NCBI GenBank assembly: GCA_902592935.1
Contig: CACJGD010000003.1
Location: 4,258 to 68,257 of the forward strand
From: an uncultured Pelagibacteraceae bacterium
Lineage (GTDB): Bacteria > Pseudomonadota > Alphaproteobacteria > Pelagibacterales > Pelagibacteraceae
DNA length: 64,000 nucleotides
Reading direction: 5' to 3'
Part shown: piece after piece, positions 53,015 to 64,000 of the stretch
How the letters are laid out: every line of letters starts with the position of its first letter
Position numbering within the stretch: position 1 is the first letter of the stretch
Notes under the pieces: generated by a model
The model's database searches: none
What the model saw: only the letters and a program-made list of their open reading frames with translations
Told to the model about the DNA's origin: nothing
Translations under genes and position numbers: made by a program

Positions 53015-54010
53015 TTGAGTGGAATAAATAAAAAAAATATCGATCAGTCTTTAAAATTTGTTTATTCAGATAATAATTCTTTAAGCGTTATATTTCATGA
53101 CAATAACTTGTTAATGGGTGTTGTTGGGGAATTTAATAAAAATTTACAAGAATTAGAAAAAATTACAAATTGTAGCTTATATTCAAGGGGAAATTCAATT
53201 TTAATTAAATCAACACCTGAAAAGAATGAAAAAATTAAAAACGCTATTCAATTTTTGGCAAATCAGTTTATTAATAATGGAAGTATAGAGAATAAAGATA
53301 TACTTTCATCAGTTGATAACTTTATGATTAACGAAAAAGTAAAAAATAATAATGTTACAGATATTATCAAAACTCCAAAAAAATCTATAATTCCTAGATC
53401 TGAAAAACAAAAAAACTATGTGAGAGCTTTGAGGGAGAGTGATATTGTAATTTCAGCTGGACCAGCAGGAACTGGAAAAACTTTTTTGGCGGTAGCTGTA
53501 GGTTTAACTATGCTTTTAGAAAAAAAGATTGAGAGAATTATTCTTTCAAGACCAGCTGTAGAAGCAGGCGAGCGTTTGGGATTTTTACCTGGTGATATGA
53601 AGGAAAAAGTAGATCCTTATCTAAGACCTTTATATGACTCTTTATATGATCTCTTCGACTTTGAAAAAATACAGAGAATGATTGAGATTGGAGATATAGA
53701 GATCGCACCTTTAGCTTTTATGAGAGGTAGAACTCTTAAAAATTCCTTTGCAATTTTAGACGAAGCACAAAATGCTACGGATACTCAGATTAAAATGTTT
53801 CTAACACGTATTGGAGAAAATTCAAAAATAGTTGTTAATGGAGATCCTTCTCAAATTGATTTACCAAATAAAAACATGTCAGGATTAGTCCGATCAAAAG
53901 AGTTACTTGGACATTTAAAGGAAATATCCATAGTTGATTTTGATCATTCAGATGTAGTTAGACATCCACTTGTTTCTAAAATAGTTAAAGCATATTCGAA
54001 TAATGATTAG
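53015..54010 (+). CDS. phoH: PhoH-like ATPase (YbeZ)
   Basis: GPAGTGKT, RPAVEAGE.LGFLPG, APLAFMRGRT, DEAQN, VRHPLV. Confidence 0.95.
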   Translation: MSGINKKNIDQSLKFVYSDNNSLSVIFHDNNLLMGVVGEFNKNLQELEKITNCSLYSRGNSILIKSTPEKNEKIKNAIQFLANQFINNGSIENKDILSSVDNFMINEKVKNNNVTDIIKTPKKSIIPRSEKQKNYVRALRESDIVISAGPAGTGKTFLAVAVGLTMLLEKKIERIILSRPAVEAGERLGFLPGDMKEKVDPYLRPLYDSLYDLFDFEKIQRMIEIGDIEIAPLAFMRGRTLKNSFAILDEAQNATDTQIKMFLTRIGENSKIVVNGDPSQIDLPNKNMSGLVRSKELLGHLKEISIVDFDHSDVVRHPLVSKIVKAYSNND

Positions 54011-54464
54011 TATTAATGTCTTCTCAGAAGAGAAGGCTTGGTCAAAAAGGCTAAAAAATAAGGATATTTTTTTTAAAAAAATATGTAAAGCTTTTCCAAA
54101 AAAATATAAATTTTTGAATAAAAAAGTAACCTTTACGCTATTACTTTCAAATAATAAGAATATTAAAAAATTAAATAAGGTTTTTAGAAAAAAAAATAAA
54201 TCTACTGATATTTTATCTTTTCCGTTAGATAAAAAAATGAAAATTTCAAAAAATACTTATCTTGGAGATATTATCATCAGCTATAATTATCTAGACAAAC
54301 CAAGATCACAAGATTTAAAATCTTTTAAAGAAAAAGCCACTAGAATATTCATACATGGTTTTCTTCATCTTTTAGGTTTCGATCATAAAAATAATAAAGA
54401 TTATTCCAAAATGTTAAAAGAGGAAAATCTATTATTTAAATCTGTCCAATCAAAAATAAATTAA
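54003..54464 (+). CDS. ybeY: rRNA maturation endoribonuclease YbeY
   Basis: TDILSFP, LGDI, HGFLHLLGFDH. Confidence 0.96.
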   Translation: MISINVFSEEKAWSKRLKNKDIFFKKICKAFPKKYKFLNKKVTFTLLLSNNKNIKKLNKVFRKKNKSTDILSFPLDKKMKISKNTYLGDIIISYNYLDKPRSQDLKSFKEKATRIFIHGFLHLLGFDHKNNKDYSKMLKEENLLFKSVQSKIN

Positions 54465-54465
54465 A

Positions 54466-56010
54466 TTGAAAAATAAATTTTATATTGAATTAATTTATTT
54501 AATTTTATTAGGAGTCCTTACTTCTTTAAGTTTACCACCATTTAATTATGTTATAATAAATTTTTTAACTTTTAGTTTATTCTATATTTTTTTAATAAAA
54601 AAAATTGAGTTTTATAAAAAAAAAAGAATATTTTTTCTTTATGGTTGGTTATTTGGGTTTGGTTATTTTGTAAGTAATTTATATTGGATCTCAATATCAT
54701 TAACCTTTGATCAAAATTTAGAGTTTTTAATACCTTTTACAATAATTTTAATACCTGGTTTCTTGGCTTTATTTTATGCTTTAGTCGCATACTTATTTGT
54801 GGTTTTAAAACCAAAAAATAATCTGAGCTCATTTTTTCTTTTTTCTTTAATATTTGGAATAGTAGAATTTTTAAGAGGATCAATACTAACCGGTTTCCCT
54901 TGGAATCTAGTTGCTTATAGTTTCTCTAATCAAATCGAAATTTTAAACATTACATCAATCATAGGTACCTACAGCTTTAATCTTTTTTGTATTTCATTAT
55001 TTACAAGTCCATCAATATTTATTTTAAGAGAAAATAAAAAAGAAATTAGTATTATTGTTGCATTTCTTATTACAACAATGTCATTTTATATGCTCGGTTC
55101 ACAAAATTTAGAAAAATTTAATAATCAACAGGTAAAAAAACTTGATTATAAAATAAGAATTTTAAGTTCAAATATAAGCATAGATAGATTTTATAATAAT
55201 ATTGATCCCATAACAGCAATAGAAGAGCTAATTGAAATCAGCTCAATAAAAAAAAATGAAAAAATAATTTTTATTTGGCCTGAAGGTATAATTCCAGGAA
55301 TTTCACAAGACCAATTAAAAGAATACAAATGGTTGTTTGAAAATAAATTCAACGAAAATCACTTGTTAGTAATTGGAATGGATAGTAAAGAAGATAAAAA
55401 TAAAACTATTAAATATTTTAATTCATTATCTATTTTTGATCACAATCTAAATATAATAAATTCATATAAAAAAATTAATCTTGTTCCCTTTGGTGAATTT
55501 TTACCTTTTGAAAAATTGTTAAAAAGTATTGGCTTAAAAACAATTACTAATGCCTACCAATCATATTCAAAAGGTGAAGAAAGAAATATAATTGATCTGA
55601 CATATAATAATTTATCAGTGAAAATATTGCCCCTTATTTGCTATGAGATAATTTATTCAGGTAAAATTTTTATAAACAGTAAATTTGATTATATCGTAAA
55701 TATTTCTGAAGATGGTTGGTTTGGAAAATCTATTGGTCCAGAGCAACATTTCACTCATAGTATTTTTAGAGCGATAGAGAGTGGGAAATACGTTTTAAGA
55801 TCTGCAAATAATGGTGCAACAGCAATAATTAACCCATTGGGAGTTATTGAGCAAAAAGTTAATATAAATGAATCTGGTTATATAGATTTAAATGAGTCAA
55901 GGAAAATAGAAATAACTCTATTTGCAAAATATGGAAATAAAATTTTTGGGTTTATAATTTTGTTGTATATTTTTTTAATATTTTCATTTAAGAAACTTAA
56001 AAATGAGTAA
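54466..56010 (+). CDS. lnt: Apolipoprotein N-acyltransferase
   Basis: GFPWN, WPE, K..LVPFGEF, ICYE, DGWFG, RSANNG. Confidence 0.95.
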   Translation: MKNKFYIELIYLILLGVLTSLSLPPFNYVIINFLTFSLFYIFLIKKIEFYKKKRIFFLYGWLFGFGYFVSNLYWISISLTFDQNLEFLIPFTIILIPGFLALFYALVAYLFVVLKPKNNLSSFFLFSLIFGIVEFLRGSILTGFPWNLVAYSFSNQIEILNITSIIGTYSFNLFCISLFTSPSIFILRENKKEISIIVAFLITTMSFYMLGSQNLEKFNNQQVKKLDYKIRILSSNISIDRFYNNIDPITAIEELIEISSIKKNEKIIFIWPEGIIPGISQDQLKEYKWLFENKFNENHLLVIGMDSKEDKNKTIKYFNSLSIFDHNLNIINSYKKINLVPFGEFLPFEKLLKSIGLKTITNAYQSYSKGEERNIIDLTYNNLSVKILPLICYEIIYSGKIFINSKFDYIVNISEDGWFGKSIGPEQHFTHSIFRAIESGKYVLRSANNGATAIINPLGVIEQKVNINESGYIDLNESRKIEITLFAKYGNKIFGFIILLYIFLIFSFKKLKNE

Positions 56011-57172
56011 TTTAAAAAATTATCTTTTCACAAGCGAATCTGTCTCTGAAGGTCATCCAGATAAAGTGTCTGATAGAATTTCAGATATGGTTGTTGATAG
56101 TTTTATTTCTGGAGATCCATATTCTAGAGTTGCCTGCGAAACATTAACTACGACAAATAAAGTTGTTTTAGCTGGTGAAGTAAGAGGACCGGAAATTAAA
56201 AAAGATGAATTAATTGAAAAAGTAAGAAATTGTATAAAAGATATTGGTTATGACCAAGAAGGATTTACTTGGAAAGAAGCTACAAAAATTGAAAGTCATT
56301 TACATTCTCAATCAGCTGATATTGCTATAGGTGTAGATTCCTCTGGCAATAAGGATGAAGGAGCTGGAGATCAAGGTATTATGTTTGGATACGCATGTAA
56401 TGAAACAGATGTTTTAATGCCAGCACCTATACATTATTCTCATAAAATTTTAAGATTAATGGCTGAAGATAGAAAATCTGGAAAATTAAAAAATATTGAA
56501 CCAGATTCAAAAAGCCAGGTAACATTCGAGTATGTTGATGGAAAACCTTCAAAAGTAAAATCAGTAGTTATCTCTTCACAGCATTCACCAGATGTTAATC
56601 AAGCGCAAGTCAGAGATTTACTTAGACCTTATATGTTAAAATCTATTCCTGAGAATTTTCTCGATGGTTTTAATGAGGATGAGTTTTATGTAAATCCTAC
56701 AGGGAATTTTGTAATTGGTGGCCCAGATGGAGATTGTGGTTTGACAGGTAGAAAAATTATTGTTGATACCTATGGTGGAGCCGCACCTCATGGAGGAGGT
56801 GCTTTTTCTGGAAAAGACCCAACTAAAGTGGATAGATCGGCTGCTTATGCAGCAAGATACATTGCTAAAAATATTGTTGGCTCAAAAATCTCAGAAAAAT
56901 GTTTAATTCAATTATCATATGCAATAGGTGTATCAAAACCATTATCTATATATGTAGACTTGTTTGATAACGATTTAGACAAAAATAAATTTGTAGTAGA
57001 TAAAATTAAAGATAATTTTGATTTAAGTCCAAGAGGTATTAGGGAGATGCTCAGTTTAAACAAACCTATATATGAAAAAACCTCAGCTTATGGTCATTTT
57101 GGCAGAACCCCTGAAGAAAATGGGTCTTTTTCGTGGGAAAAAACGGATAAAACTAACGTTTTTTCTAAATAG
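56003..57172 (+). CDS. metK: S-adenosylmethionine synthetase
   Basis: [42 protein letters not shown]. Confidence 0.99.
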   Translation: MSNLKNYLFTSESVSEGHPDKVSDRISDMVVDSFISGDPYSRVACETLTTTNKVVLAGEVRGPEIKKDELIEKVRNCIKDIGYDQEGFTWKEATKIESHLHSQSADIAIGVDSSGNKDEGAGDQGIMFGYACNETDVLMPAPIHYSHKILRLMAEDRKSGKLKNIEPDSKSQVTFEYVDGKPSKVKSVVISSQHSPDVNQAQVRDLLRPYMLKSIPENFLDGFNEDEFYVNPTGNFVIGGPDGDCGLTGRKIIVDTYGGAAPHGGGAFSGKDPTKVDRSAAYAARYIAKNIVGSKISEKCLIQLSYAIGVSKPLSIYVDLFDNDLDKNKFVVDKIKDNFDLSPRGIREMLSLNKPIYEKTSAYGHFGRTPEENGSFSWEKTDKTNVFSK

Positions 57173-57229
57173 TTTTTATTGAATTAAAAAAAAATTTTAC
57201 TATATTGCCATTACATTATTGAACTTTAC

Positions 57230-57256
57230 AAAATGGGCTTTAGCCCATTTTTTTTT
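57230..57256 (+). promoter_or_regulatory. rimP-leader-like hairpin/attenuator upstream of nusA
   Basis: AAAATGGGCT-TT-AGCCCATTTT plus U run, 15 nt before the nusA ATG and downstream of a possible TTGAAT-N16-TATATT promoter (57179-57206). Confidence 0.65.
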
Positions 57257-57271
57257 GGAATAAACAAAATT

Positions 57272-58825
57272 ATGCTAAATAAAAGAGCAGATAAACTTGA
57301 ATTATTGAGAATTGCTGAAGCTGTTGCGTTAGAAAAATCTATTGATAAAGAACTAATTATAAGTTCTATGGAAACTGGTATTGCGAAAGCTGCAAAATCA
57401 AAATTTGGTCAAGAAAACGAAATTAAGGTTTCTATTAATAGGGACAATGGTGACATTGAGTTATTTAGAAAATTAGTGATTGCCGAGAATCCAGAAAATT
57501 CAAATACAGAAATAAAGTTAGAGGATGCTATTAATCTAAATGAATTAAATAAAGATAAATCCATTGGTGATGAAGTGCTGCAACCACTTCCTTCATTTGA
57601 CTTTGGAAGAATAGCCGCACAAACTGCGAAACAGGTAATTAGTTTTAATGTTAGAGAAGCCGAAAGAGAAAGACAATTTAACGATTTTATTGATAAGAAG
57701 GACACAATATTAAGTGGTATTGTTAAAAGATTGGAATTTGGCAATGTAATTGTTGATTTAGGAAGAACCGAGGCAATAATTCAAAAAAACGAGTTGATAC
57801 CACGTGAAAATATTAAGGCAGGCGATCGTATTAAAGCTTATTGTAACGATGTAAGAAGGGAAGCGAGAGGACAACAAATATTCTTATCGAGAGCTCATCC
57901 TAAATTTATGGAAAAATTGTTTGTTCAAGAGGTCCCTGAAATTTATGATGGGTTGATTGAAATTAAATCTTCTTCTAGAGATCCAGGAAGTAGAGCAAAA
58001 ATTTGTGTTAAAGCTGTGGATACTTCGCTTGATCCAGTTGGTGCATGTGTGGGTATGAGAGGCTCAAGAGTTCAAGCAGTTGTAAATGAACTTCAAGGAG
58101 AAAAAATTGATATAGTTAATTGGTCTGATGATCCAGCTATATTAGTTTCAAATGCATTATCACCCGCAGAGGTTCAAAGAGTTAATGTGGATGCAGAAAG
58201 AAAAAAACTTGATGTAATTCTTACAGAGGAAAACTTAAGCAAAGCTATAGGAAGAAGAGGTCAAAATGTACGACTTGCTACGAAATTACTAAACTTTGAA
58301 ATCAATATTATGACTGACGCTGAAGATTCTGAGAGAAGGCAGCTTGAATTTAAAGAAAAAACAGAAAATTTGGTTAAAAACTTAGAGTTAGATGAAACAT
58401 TAGGTCAGTTGCTTGTAGCAGAAGGTTTTTCAACTATTGATGACATTAAAGATTGCACTATTGAAAATTTAATAAAAATTGAGGGTATCGAAGAAGATAC
58501 TGCTAAGGCACTAATAGAAAGAGCAAAGGACTTTCATGAGAAAGATCAAGAGGATATTTCTATGAAAATTAAGGAGTTAGGTCTTGAAGATAGTTTAATT
58601 AGTTTAAAGGGATTAACACCTGGTATGTTGGTTACACTTGGTGAACAAAAAATCCTCACTTTAGCAGATTTTTCGGATTTAGCATCTGATGAATTAACAG
58701 GTGGTTATGATATAGTTAAAGGTGAACGAGTTAAAATCCAAGGTTATCTTGAAGATTTTGCTTTATCAAAAGAAGAAGCTGATGAGCTAATTATGTCTGC
58801 AAGAAAAATTATTTATAAAGATTGA
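57272..58825 (+). CDS. nusA: Transcription termination/antitermination factor NusA
   Basis: FGRIAAQTAKQ, RDPGSRAK, GACVGMRGSR, AIGRRGQNVRLA; start set at ATG 57272. Confidence 0.98.
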   Translation: MLNKRADKLELLRIAEAVALEKSIDKELIISSMETGIAKAAKSKFGQENEIKVSINRDNGDIELFRKLVIAENPENSNTEIKLEDAINLNELNKDKSIGDEVLQPLPSFDFGRIAAQTAKQVISFNVREAERERQFNDFIDKKDTILSGIVKRLEFGNVIVDLGRTEAIIQKNELIPRENIKAGDRIKAYCNDVRREARGQQIFLSRAHPKFMEKLFVQEVPEIYDGLIEIKSSSRDPGSRAKICVKAVDTSLDPVGACVGMRGSRVQAVVNELQGEKIDIVNWSDDPAILVSNALSPAEVQRVNVDAERKKLDVILTEENLSKAIGRRGQNVRLATKLLNFEINIMTDAEDSERRQLEFKEKTENLVKNLELDETLGQLLVAEGFSTIDDIKDCTIENLIKIEGIEEDTAKALIERAKDFHEKDQEDISMKIKELGLEDSLISLKGLTPGMLVTLGEQKILTLADFSDLASDELTGGYDIVKGERVKIQGYLEDFALSKEEADELIMSARKIIYKD

Positions 58826-58835
58826 GTAATGAGGT

Positions 58836-61055
58836 ATGGAAAAAAAAACAAAATTAACAATATCTGGCTCAGCCAAAAAATCGATCAAAAATATTGAAAT
58901 TGCAAAAACGCAAGGAAAAAACTCTACAGTAATAGAAAAACAAAAAAGTAAATTTCATAGTAGAGGTGGGTCATTTAGAGACACAACAAATAAATCAAGA
59001 TCAAGCTCATCGTTTAACAGAGGTACACTTTTAAAATCCTCATTTAATCCAAAATCTCCTTCTATAACAAACGATTTTGAAAAGAGAAAATTAGCAGAAC
59101 AAAGAGCTACCAAAAGACTTAAAGGAGATAGTGAAAACAAGGATAGAAAAACTTTAAAACTTGGAACAAAGAAAAGAGAATTGAAGCTAACAGTATCAAG
59201 AGCATTGAGTGATGAAATTGACGCAAAACAAAGAAGTTTAGCTTCAGTAAAAAGAGCAAGACAAAAAGAAATTAAAAACGCTAATAAAGAAGAGACTCAA
59301 GAAAATTTAAAACCGATTAAAAGAGACGTTAATATTCCAGAAGCAATTACGGTAAGAGAGTTAGCAAATAGAATGGCAGAGCAATCTAGTAACGTAATAA
59401 AATATTTATTTGGAATGGGTGTTACTGTCACAATCAATCAAACATTAGCAGCAGATACTGCTGAATATTTAGTTAAAGAATTTGGTCATAATCCAATAAG
59501 GGAAGAAAAAGCAGAGGAAATAATTAAGAAAATAAAAGCCTCAAGAACTGAAAATTTAAAAAATAGACCTCCAATAGTTACAGTGATGGGTCATGTAGAT
59601 CATGGCAAAACGTCAGTGTTAGATGTCCTTAGAAGTGCTAATGTTGTATCTGGTGAATTTGGGGGCATCACTCAACATATTGGAGCTTATCAAATTGATA
59701 GTCAGGAAAACAAATTAACTTTTATTGATACACCAGGTCATGCTGCTTTCACTGAAATGAGAGCAAGAGGATCAAAATTGACAGATGTAGTTGTATTAGT
59801 AGTTGCAGCAGACGACGGAGTTAAACCTCAAACTGTAGAGTCAATTAAACATGCAAAAGCAGCAAATGTTCCAATAGTAGTTGCAATAAATAAATGTGAT
59901 CTTCCAGAAGCAGATCCACAAAAAATTAAAAATCAACTTTTAGAATACGAATTAATAGCTGAAGACTTATCTGGTGATACCTTAATGGTTGAAATTTCAA
60001 CTAAAACAAGACAAAATTTAGATAAATTAGTAGACTCCATAATTCTTCAAGCTGAAATCTTAGATCTTAAAACAGACTATGATTCTAAAGCTACTGGAAT
60101 AGTATTAGAATCAAAGATTGATGTTGGCAGAGGTCCTGTTGCAAATATAATTGTAACAACAGGAACACTTAAAAAAGGTGATTTATTTGTAAGTGGTCTA
60201 AAATGGGGAAAAGTTAGAGCAATTATTAATGATAAAGGTCAGAATATAGATAAAGCTTTACCTTCTACGCCAGTAGAGATTTTAGGAATTAATGGTGCTG
60301 CAAAAGCTGGGGATGATTTTATTGTCCTTGATACTGAAAAAGAAGCTAAGACTTTAAGCGAAAGTAGAGCTCAAGAGAATAAAGATGGAAAAAATCCACT
60401 TACATTTGCAACTCAGGACTCAGCATTTTCAGATAAATCGACAGAAGAATTAAATTTAATAATTAAATCAGATGTACATGGATCTTCAGAAGCAATAAAA
60501 AATGCTATTAGCCAAATTAAACACGACGAAGTTAAACCTAAAATAATCTTATCAGATATAGGAATGGTAACAGAGACTGATGTAACATTAGCTAAAGCAT
60601 CAAATGCAGTATTAATAGCTTTTAATGTTAAGCCAAGCAAAGAGGCTAAAAAATTAGCAGAAAATGAAATGATAAAAATTTCGTCTTACAATATAATTTA
60701 TGAAGTTTTAGATTACATAAAACAAAGGATGTCAGGTTTGTTGGCTCCAGATGTTCAAGAAAAAATTACTGGCACAGCACAAATTTTAGAAATATTTAAA
60801 GTATCAGGTGCAGGTAAGGTTGCCGGTTTAAAAATAACTGAGGGTGAAATAACCAGTACTTCAGATGTAAGAATTATTAGGGATGGCGCAATCATATTTA
60901 CAGGAAAAGTCTCTACAATATTTAGGGAAAAGAATCAGGTAAAGCAGGTAAGTGATGGGCAAGAATGTGGAATTACTCTAAAAGATTATATGGATTTTCA
61001 AAAAAACGACACAATAGAAGCTTTTAGTGTTACATCTACAGAGAGGTCAATTTAA
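58836..61055 (+). CDS. infB: Translation initiation factor IF-2
   Basis: GHVDHGKT, GGITQHIGAY, DTPGHAAF, NKCD, ECGI. Confidence 0.99.
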   Translation: MEKKTKLTISGSAKKSIKNIEIAKTQGKNSTVIEKQKSKFHSRGGSFRDTTNKSRSSSSFNRGTLLKSSFNPKSPSITNDFEKRKLAEQRATKRLKGDSENKDRKTLKLGTKKRELKLTVSRALSDEIDAKQRSLASVKRARQKEIKNANKEETQENLKPIKRDVNIPEAITVRELANRMAEQSSNVIKYLFGMGVTVTINQTLAADTAEYLVKEFGHNPIREEKAEEIIKKIKASRTENLKNRPPIVTVMGHVDHGKTSVLDVLRSANVVSGEFGGITQHIGAYQIDSQENKLTFIDTPGHAAFTEMRARGSKLTDVVVLVVAADDGVKPQTVESIKHAKAANVPIVVAINKCDLPEADPQKIKNQLLEYELIAEDLSGDTLMVEISTKTRQNLDKLVDSIILQAEILDLKTDYDSKATGIVLESKIDVGRGPVANIIVTTGTLKKGDLFVSGLKWGKVRAIINDKGQNIDKALPSTPVEILGINGAAKAGDDFIVLDTEKEAKTLSESRAQENKDGKNPLTFATQDSAFSDKSTEELNLIIKSDVHGSSEAIKNAISQIKHDEVKPKIILSDIGMVTETDVTLAKASNAVLIAFNVKPSKEAKKLAENEMIKISSYNIIYEVLDYIKQRMSGLLAPDVQEKITGTAQILEIFKVSGAGKVAGLKITEGEITSTSDVRIIRDGAIIFTGKVSTIFREKNQVKQVSDGQECGITLKDYMDFQKNDTIEAFSVTSTERSI

Positions 61056-61423
61056 TGGCAGATAGAATAGGAAAACCGGTATCCCAAAGACAGCTGAGAG
61101 TAGGTGAAATGATAAAGCAGTCTTTAAGCATGATTTTTATAAGAAATGAGGCTAAGGTCCCAAATTTAGAAACAAACACAATAACTGTGACCGAGGTTAG
61201 AATGAGCCCAGATTTAAAAATTGCCAAAGCATATGTGCTTCCACTAGGAGGAAAGGATGCAGAAGAAATAATTTATGTTTTAAAAGAATACTCATTTTTA
61301 ATAAGAAAAATTTTATCACAAAAAGTTGATATGAAATTTTTACCAAAATTACTTTTTAGAAAAGATGAATCTTTTGAGTATGCGGAAAAAATAGAAAACT
61401 TAATAAAACAAACAAATAAATAG
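61055..61423 (+). CDS. rbfA: Ribosome-binding factor A
   Basis: RQLRVGE, TVTEV.MSPDL..A, P.L.F..D.S. Confidence 0.95.
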   Translation: MADRIGKPVSQRQLRVGEMIKQSLSMIFIRNEAKVPNLETNTITVTEVRMSPDLKIAKAYVLPLGGKDAEEIIYVLKEYSFLIRKILSQKVDMKFLPKLLFRKDESFEYAEKIENLIKQTNK

Positions 61424-61435
61424 GAAGAAAGAGGC

Positions 61436-61684
61436 ATGAACAAAAAGGCACAAGAATTAGCAATGCATGATAAAGATACTGGATCTTCAGAGATACAGAT
61501 TGCTCTGCTAACAGATAAAATTGAAACTCTATCTAAGCATATTAAGCAATTCAAAAAAGATAAACACTCATCTGTTGGATTGCTAAAAGCGGTAAATAGA
61601 AGAAAGAAATTGTTAGAATACCTAAAGAAAAACAAAATGGATTCTTACAAAAATGTACTTTCGAAATTGAATTTAAGAAAATAA
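61436..61684 (+). CDS. rpsO: 30S ribosomal protein S15
   Basis: DTGS.E.QIA.LT, KD.HS..GL, RR.LL.YL, L.LRK. Confidence 0.96.
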   Translation: MNKKAQELAMHDKDTGSSEIQIALLTDKIETLSKHIKQFKKDKHSSVGLLKAVNRRKKLLEYLKKNKMDSYKNVLSKLNLRK

Positions 61685-61690
61685 AAATCA

Positions 61691-61744
61691 AGATAGATAG
61701 AATGGAATGGAACGAAACGAACGAAACGAAATGGAAATGAAATG
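61691..61744 (+). repeat. Degenerate purine-rich 4-5-mer tandem repeat in the pnp leader
   Basis: AGATAGATAG AATGG AATGG AACGA AACGA ACGA AACGA AATGG AAATG AAATG; the last unit contains the pnp ATG. Confidence 0.8.
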
Positions 61745-63814
61745 TTTAAAGTATATAAGAAGGAAATTGAAGTAGCAGGAAAGAAGATAAGTTTAGAAAC
61801 AGGTAAAGTAGCAAGACAGGCGGACGGTGCAATAATCGCAACATGTGGAGAGACAGTCGTACTAGCAACAGTAGTGGGAGCAAAAAAAGTAAATCCTGAT
61901 ATGGATTACTTTCCATTATCTGTAAATTACCAAGAAAAATATTATGCAGCTGGGAAAATTCCAGGTGGATATTTTAAAAGAGAAGCAAGACCAACTGAGA
62001 GCGAAACATTAATCTCTAGATTAATTGATAGACCAATCAGACCTTTGTTTCCTGACGAATTTAAAAATGAAGTTCAGCTATTACCAACTGTAATTTCATA
62101 CGATAAAGAAAATGAACCAGATATTTTATCAATTACAGCATCATCAGCTGCATTAGCTATATCAGGAATGCCATTCATGGGTCCCGTAGGAGCTTCAAGA
62201 GTTGGTTTTATTGATGGTAAATATGTTCTAAATCCATCTAAAGCAGATTTAGAAAAATCAAAATTAGATTTAGTAGTAGCAGGTACAAAAGATGCTGTGC
62301 TTATGGTTGAGTCTGAAGCTAATGGTCTAACAGAAGAAGAAATGTTAAATGCAGTTAAATTTGGTCATGAAGGCTTTGTTCCAGTAATTGAAATGATTGA
62401 GGAACTTGCAAAAGAATGTAGAAAACCTGAGTGGACAGTTGAGAAAAAAGATTTATCTGAAGTTAAGAAAAAACTTGAGGAAACTTTCACAGAAAATCTT
62501 AAAAAAGCTTTTGCAACTAGAGATAAACAAGATAGATCAAATCAAATTTCTGAAATCACTGATAAAGCTAAAAAACTTTATGAAGAAGATGAAAACTACA
62601 CTGATCTAGATGTTAACAGTCAGTTAAAAAATCTAGAAAAATCAATTGTTAGAACAGATATTCTAAAAAATAAAAATAGAATTGATGGTAGAGGCTTATC
62701 AGATGTGAGACCAATTTCGTGTGAAGTTGGTGTTCTACCAAGAGCTCATGGTTCTGCATTATTTACTAGAGGAGAAACACAAGCAATTGTTGTTGCAACT
62801 TTAGGAACATCTGATGATGAACAAAGAATTGAAAGTTTAGATGGACTTCAGAGAGAACGATTTATGCTTCATTATAATTTTCCTCCTTTTTCAGTTGGAG
62901 AAACTGGAAGAATTGGAACTGGTAGAAGAGAAATCGGACATGGTAAATTAGCTTGGAGAGCAATAAATTCTTCATTACCAACTAAAGAGGCATTTCCATA
63001 TACTTTTAGAGTAGTTTCAGAGATTACAGAGTCTAATGGTTCTTCTTCAATGGCTACTGTTTGTGGAACTTCTTTAGCATTAATGGATGCTGGAGTGCCG
63101 ATTAAAGAGCCAGTTGCAGGTATTGCAATGGGTTTAATTAAAGAAGGAGATGATTTCAGTGTTCTATCAGATATTTTAGGTGACGAAGATCACTTAGGTG
63201 ACATGGACTTTAAAGTCGCTGGAACTAAAGATGGAATTACTTCTCTTCAAATGGATATCAAAATTACAGGTATTACATTTGAAATTATGGAGCAGGCATT
63301 AAGCCAAGCTAAAGATGGAAGAGTTCATATCTTAGGTGAAATGAATAAAGCATTATCAGCTTCAAGATCTGATGTTGGAAAACATACTCCAAAAATGGAA
63401 CAAGTTAATGTTGATAAAAAAGACATTGCAGCTGTAATTGGAAAAGGTGGTGCAACAATCAGAGAGATAGTTGAAAAATCAGGTGCAAAAGTAGATGTTA
63501 ATGATGAAGGTGTAGTAACGGTTGCTGCTCCTGATGAAGAGTCTAGAAATATCGCAATGCAAATGATTAAAGACATCACTGCAAAAGCTGAACTAAATAA
63601 AATTTATTCAGGTAAAGTGATGAAAATTATGGAGTTTGGTGCATTTGTAAATTTCCTAGGAAAACAAGATGGACTTGTTCATATTTCAGAACTAGCAGAT
63701 AAAAGAGTTGCTAAAGTAACTGATGTTGTCAAAGAAGGCGACGAGGTAAAAGTTAAAGTCATTGGTTTCGATAGAGGTAAAGTTAAGCTTTCTATGAAAC
63801 AAGCTACTGAGTAA
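61742..63814 (+). CDS. pnp: Polyribonucleotide nucleotidyltransferase (PNPase)
   Basis: [44 protein letters not shown] and S1 domains. Confidence 0.99.
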   Translation: MFKVYKKEIEVAGKKISLETGKVARQADGAIIATCGETVVLATVVGAKKVNPDMDYFPLSVNYQEKYYAAGKIPGGYFKREARPTESETLISRLIDRPIRPLFPDEFKNEVQLLPTVISYDKENEPDILSITASSAALAISGMPFMGPVGASRVGFIDGKYVLNPSKADLEKSKLDLVVAGTKDAVLMVESEANGLTEEEMLNAVKFGHEGFVPVIEMIEELAKECRKPEWTVEKKDLSEVKKKLEETFTENLKKAFATRDKQDRSNQISEITDKAKKLYEEDENYTDLDVNSQLKNLEKSIVRTDILKNKNRIDGRGLSDVRPISCEVGVLPRAHGSALFTRGETQAIVVATLGTSDDEQRIESLDGLQRERFMLHYNFPPFSVGETGRIGTGRREIGHGKLAWRAINSSLPTKEAFPYTFRVVSEITESNGSSSMATVCGTSLALMDAGVPIKEPVAGIAMGLIKEGDDFSVLSDILGDEDHLGDMDFKVAGTKDGITSLQMDIKITGITFEIMEQALSQAKDGRVHILGEMNKALSASRSDVGKHTPKMEQVNVDKKDIAAVIGKGGATIREIVEKSGAKVDVNDEGVVTVAAPDEESRNIAMQMIKDITAKAELNKIYSGKVMKIMEFGAFVNFLGKQDGLVHISELADKRVAKVTDVVKEGDEVKVKVIGFDRGKVKLSMKQATE

Positions 63815-63835
63815 TATAGCTCAATTTAAAATTAT

Positions 63836-63868
63836 AAACCCCTGGAATGAGAATTCTGGGGGTTTTTT
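63836..63868 (+). terminator. Rho-independent terminator after pnp (probably bidirectional)
   Basis: AAACCCCTGGAAT-GAGA-ATTCTGGGGGTTT stem with GNRA loop and T run. Confidence 0.88.
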
Positions 63869-63885
63869 AATAAATTTAACTATAT

Positions 63886-63999
<114 letters not shown>

Positions 64000-64000
64000 T

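Noticed and set aside
55950-56010. SAM riboswitch upstream of metK
   Set aside because: metK overlaps the lnt stop; no leader space or recognisable SAM-II/SAM-V structure
61691-61744. CRISPR-like array interpretation of the pnp leader repeat
   Set aside because: Units are 4-5 bp with no spacers, and no cas genes are present
5347-63579. Numerous short ORFs antisense or out-of-frame to core genes in the ORF track (e.g. 5347-5574, 6849-7184, 12252-12635, 41458-41931, 57409-57744, 61273-61635)
   Set aside because: Shadows of well-conserved genes, with no motifs or independent signals

Overview
Very AT-rich, tightly packed chromosome segment of a streamlined marine alphaproteobacterium, most consistent with SAR11/Pelagibacterales (inferred from gene content, gene order and composition). 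It is almost entirely core genome around the probable replication origin: ftsK-lolA, his genes, hslVU, secB, dnaQ-coaE-aroE-maf-ppsR, putative oriC, hemE-hemH-hemG-rho, mnmE-mnmG-rsmG (with an internal parS)-parAB, holA-lptE-leuS, major porin, dnaKJ/grpE, maeB, murJ-trpS, fur-miaB-phoH-ybeY-lnt-metK, nusA-infB-rbfA-rpsO-pnp and the end of fabI. I found no rRNA, tRNA, CRISPR, prophage, integrase or transposase, and no large novel multi-gene system. The most interesting signals are small: (1) a 37-aa ArfA-like ribosome-rescue ORF missed by the ORF track, coupled to a CenR-like regulator with an eroded receiver domain; (2) an apparent in-place replacement of the usual alphaproteobacterial hemH-hemJ by an atypical hemH plus hemG; (3) a purine-rich pentamer-repeat leader with a mini-uORF before pnp; (4) a perfect palindromic operator before the porin; (5) solo sulfotransferase and 2OG-Fe(II) oxygenase genes sitting inside conserved operons; (6) several clean gene losses from ancestral gene order.
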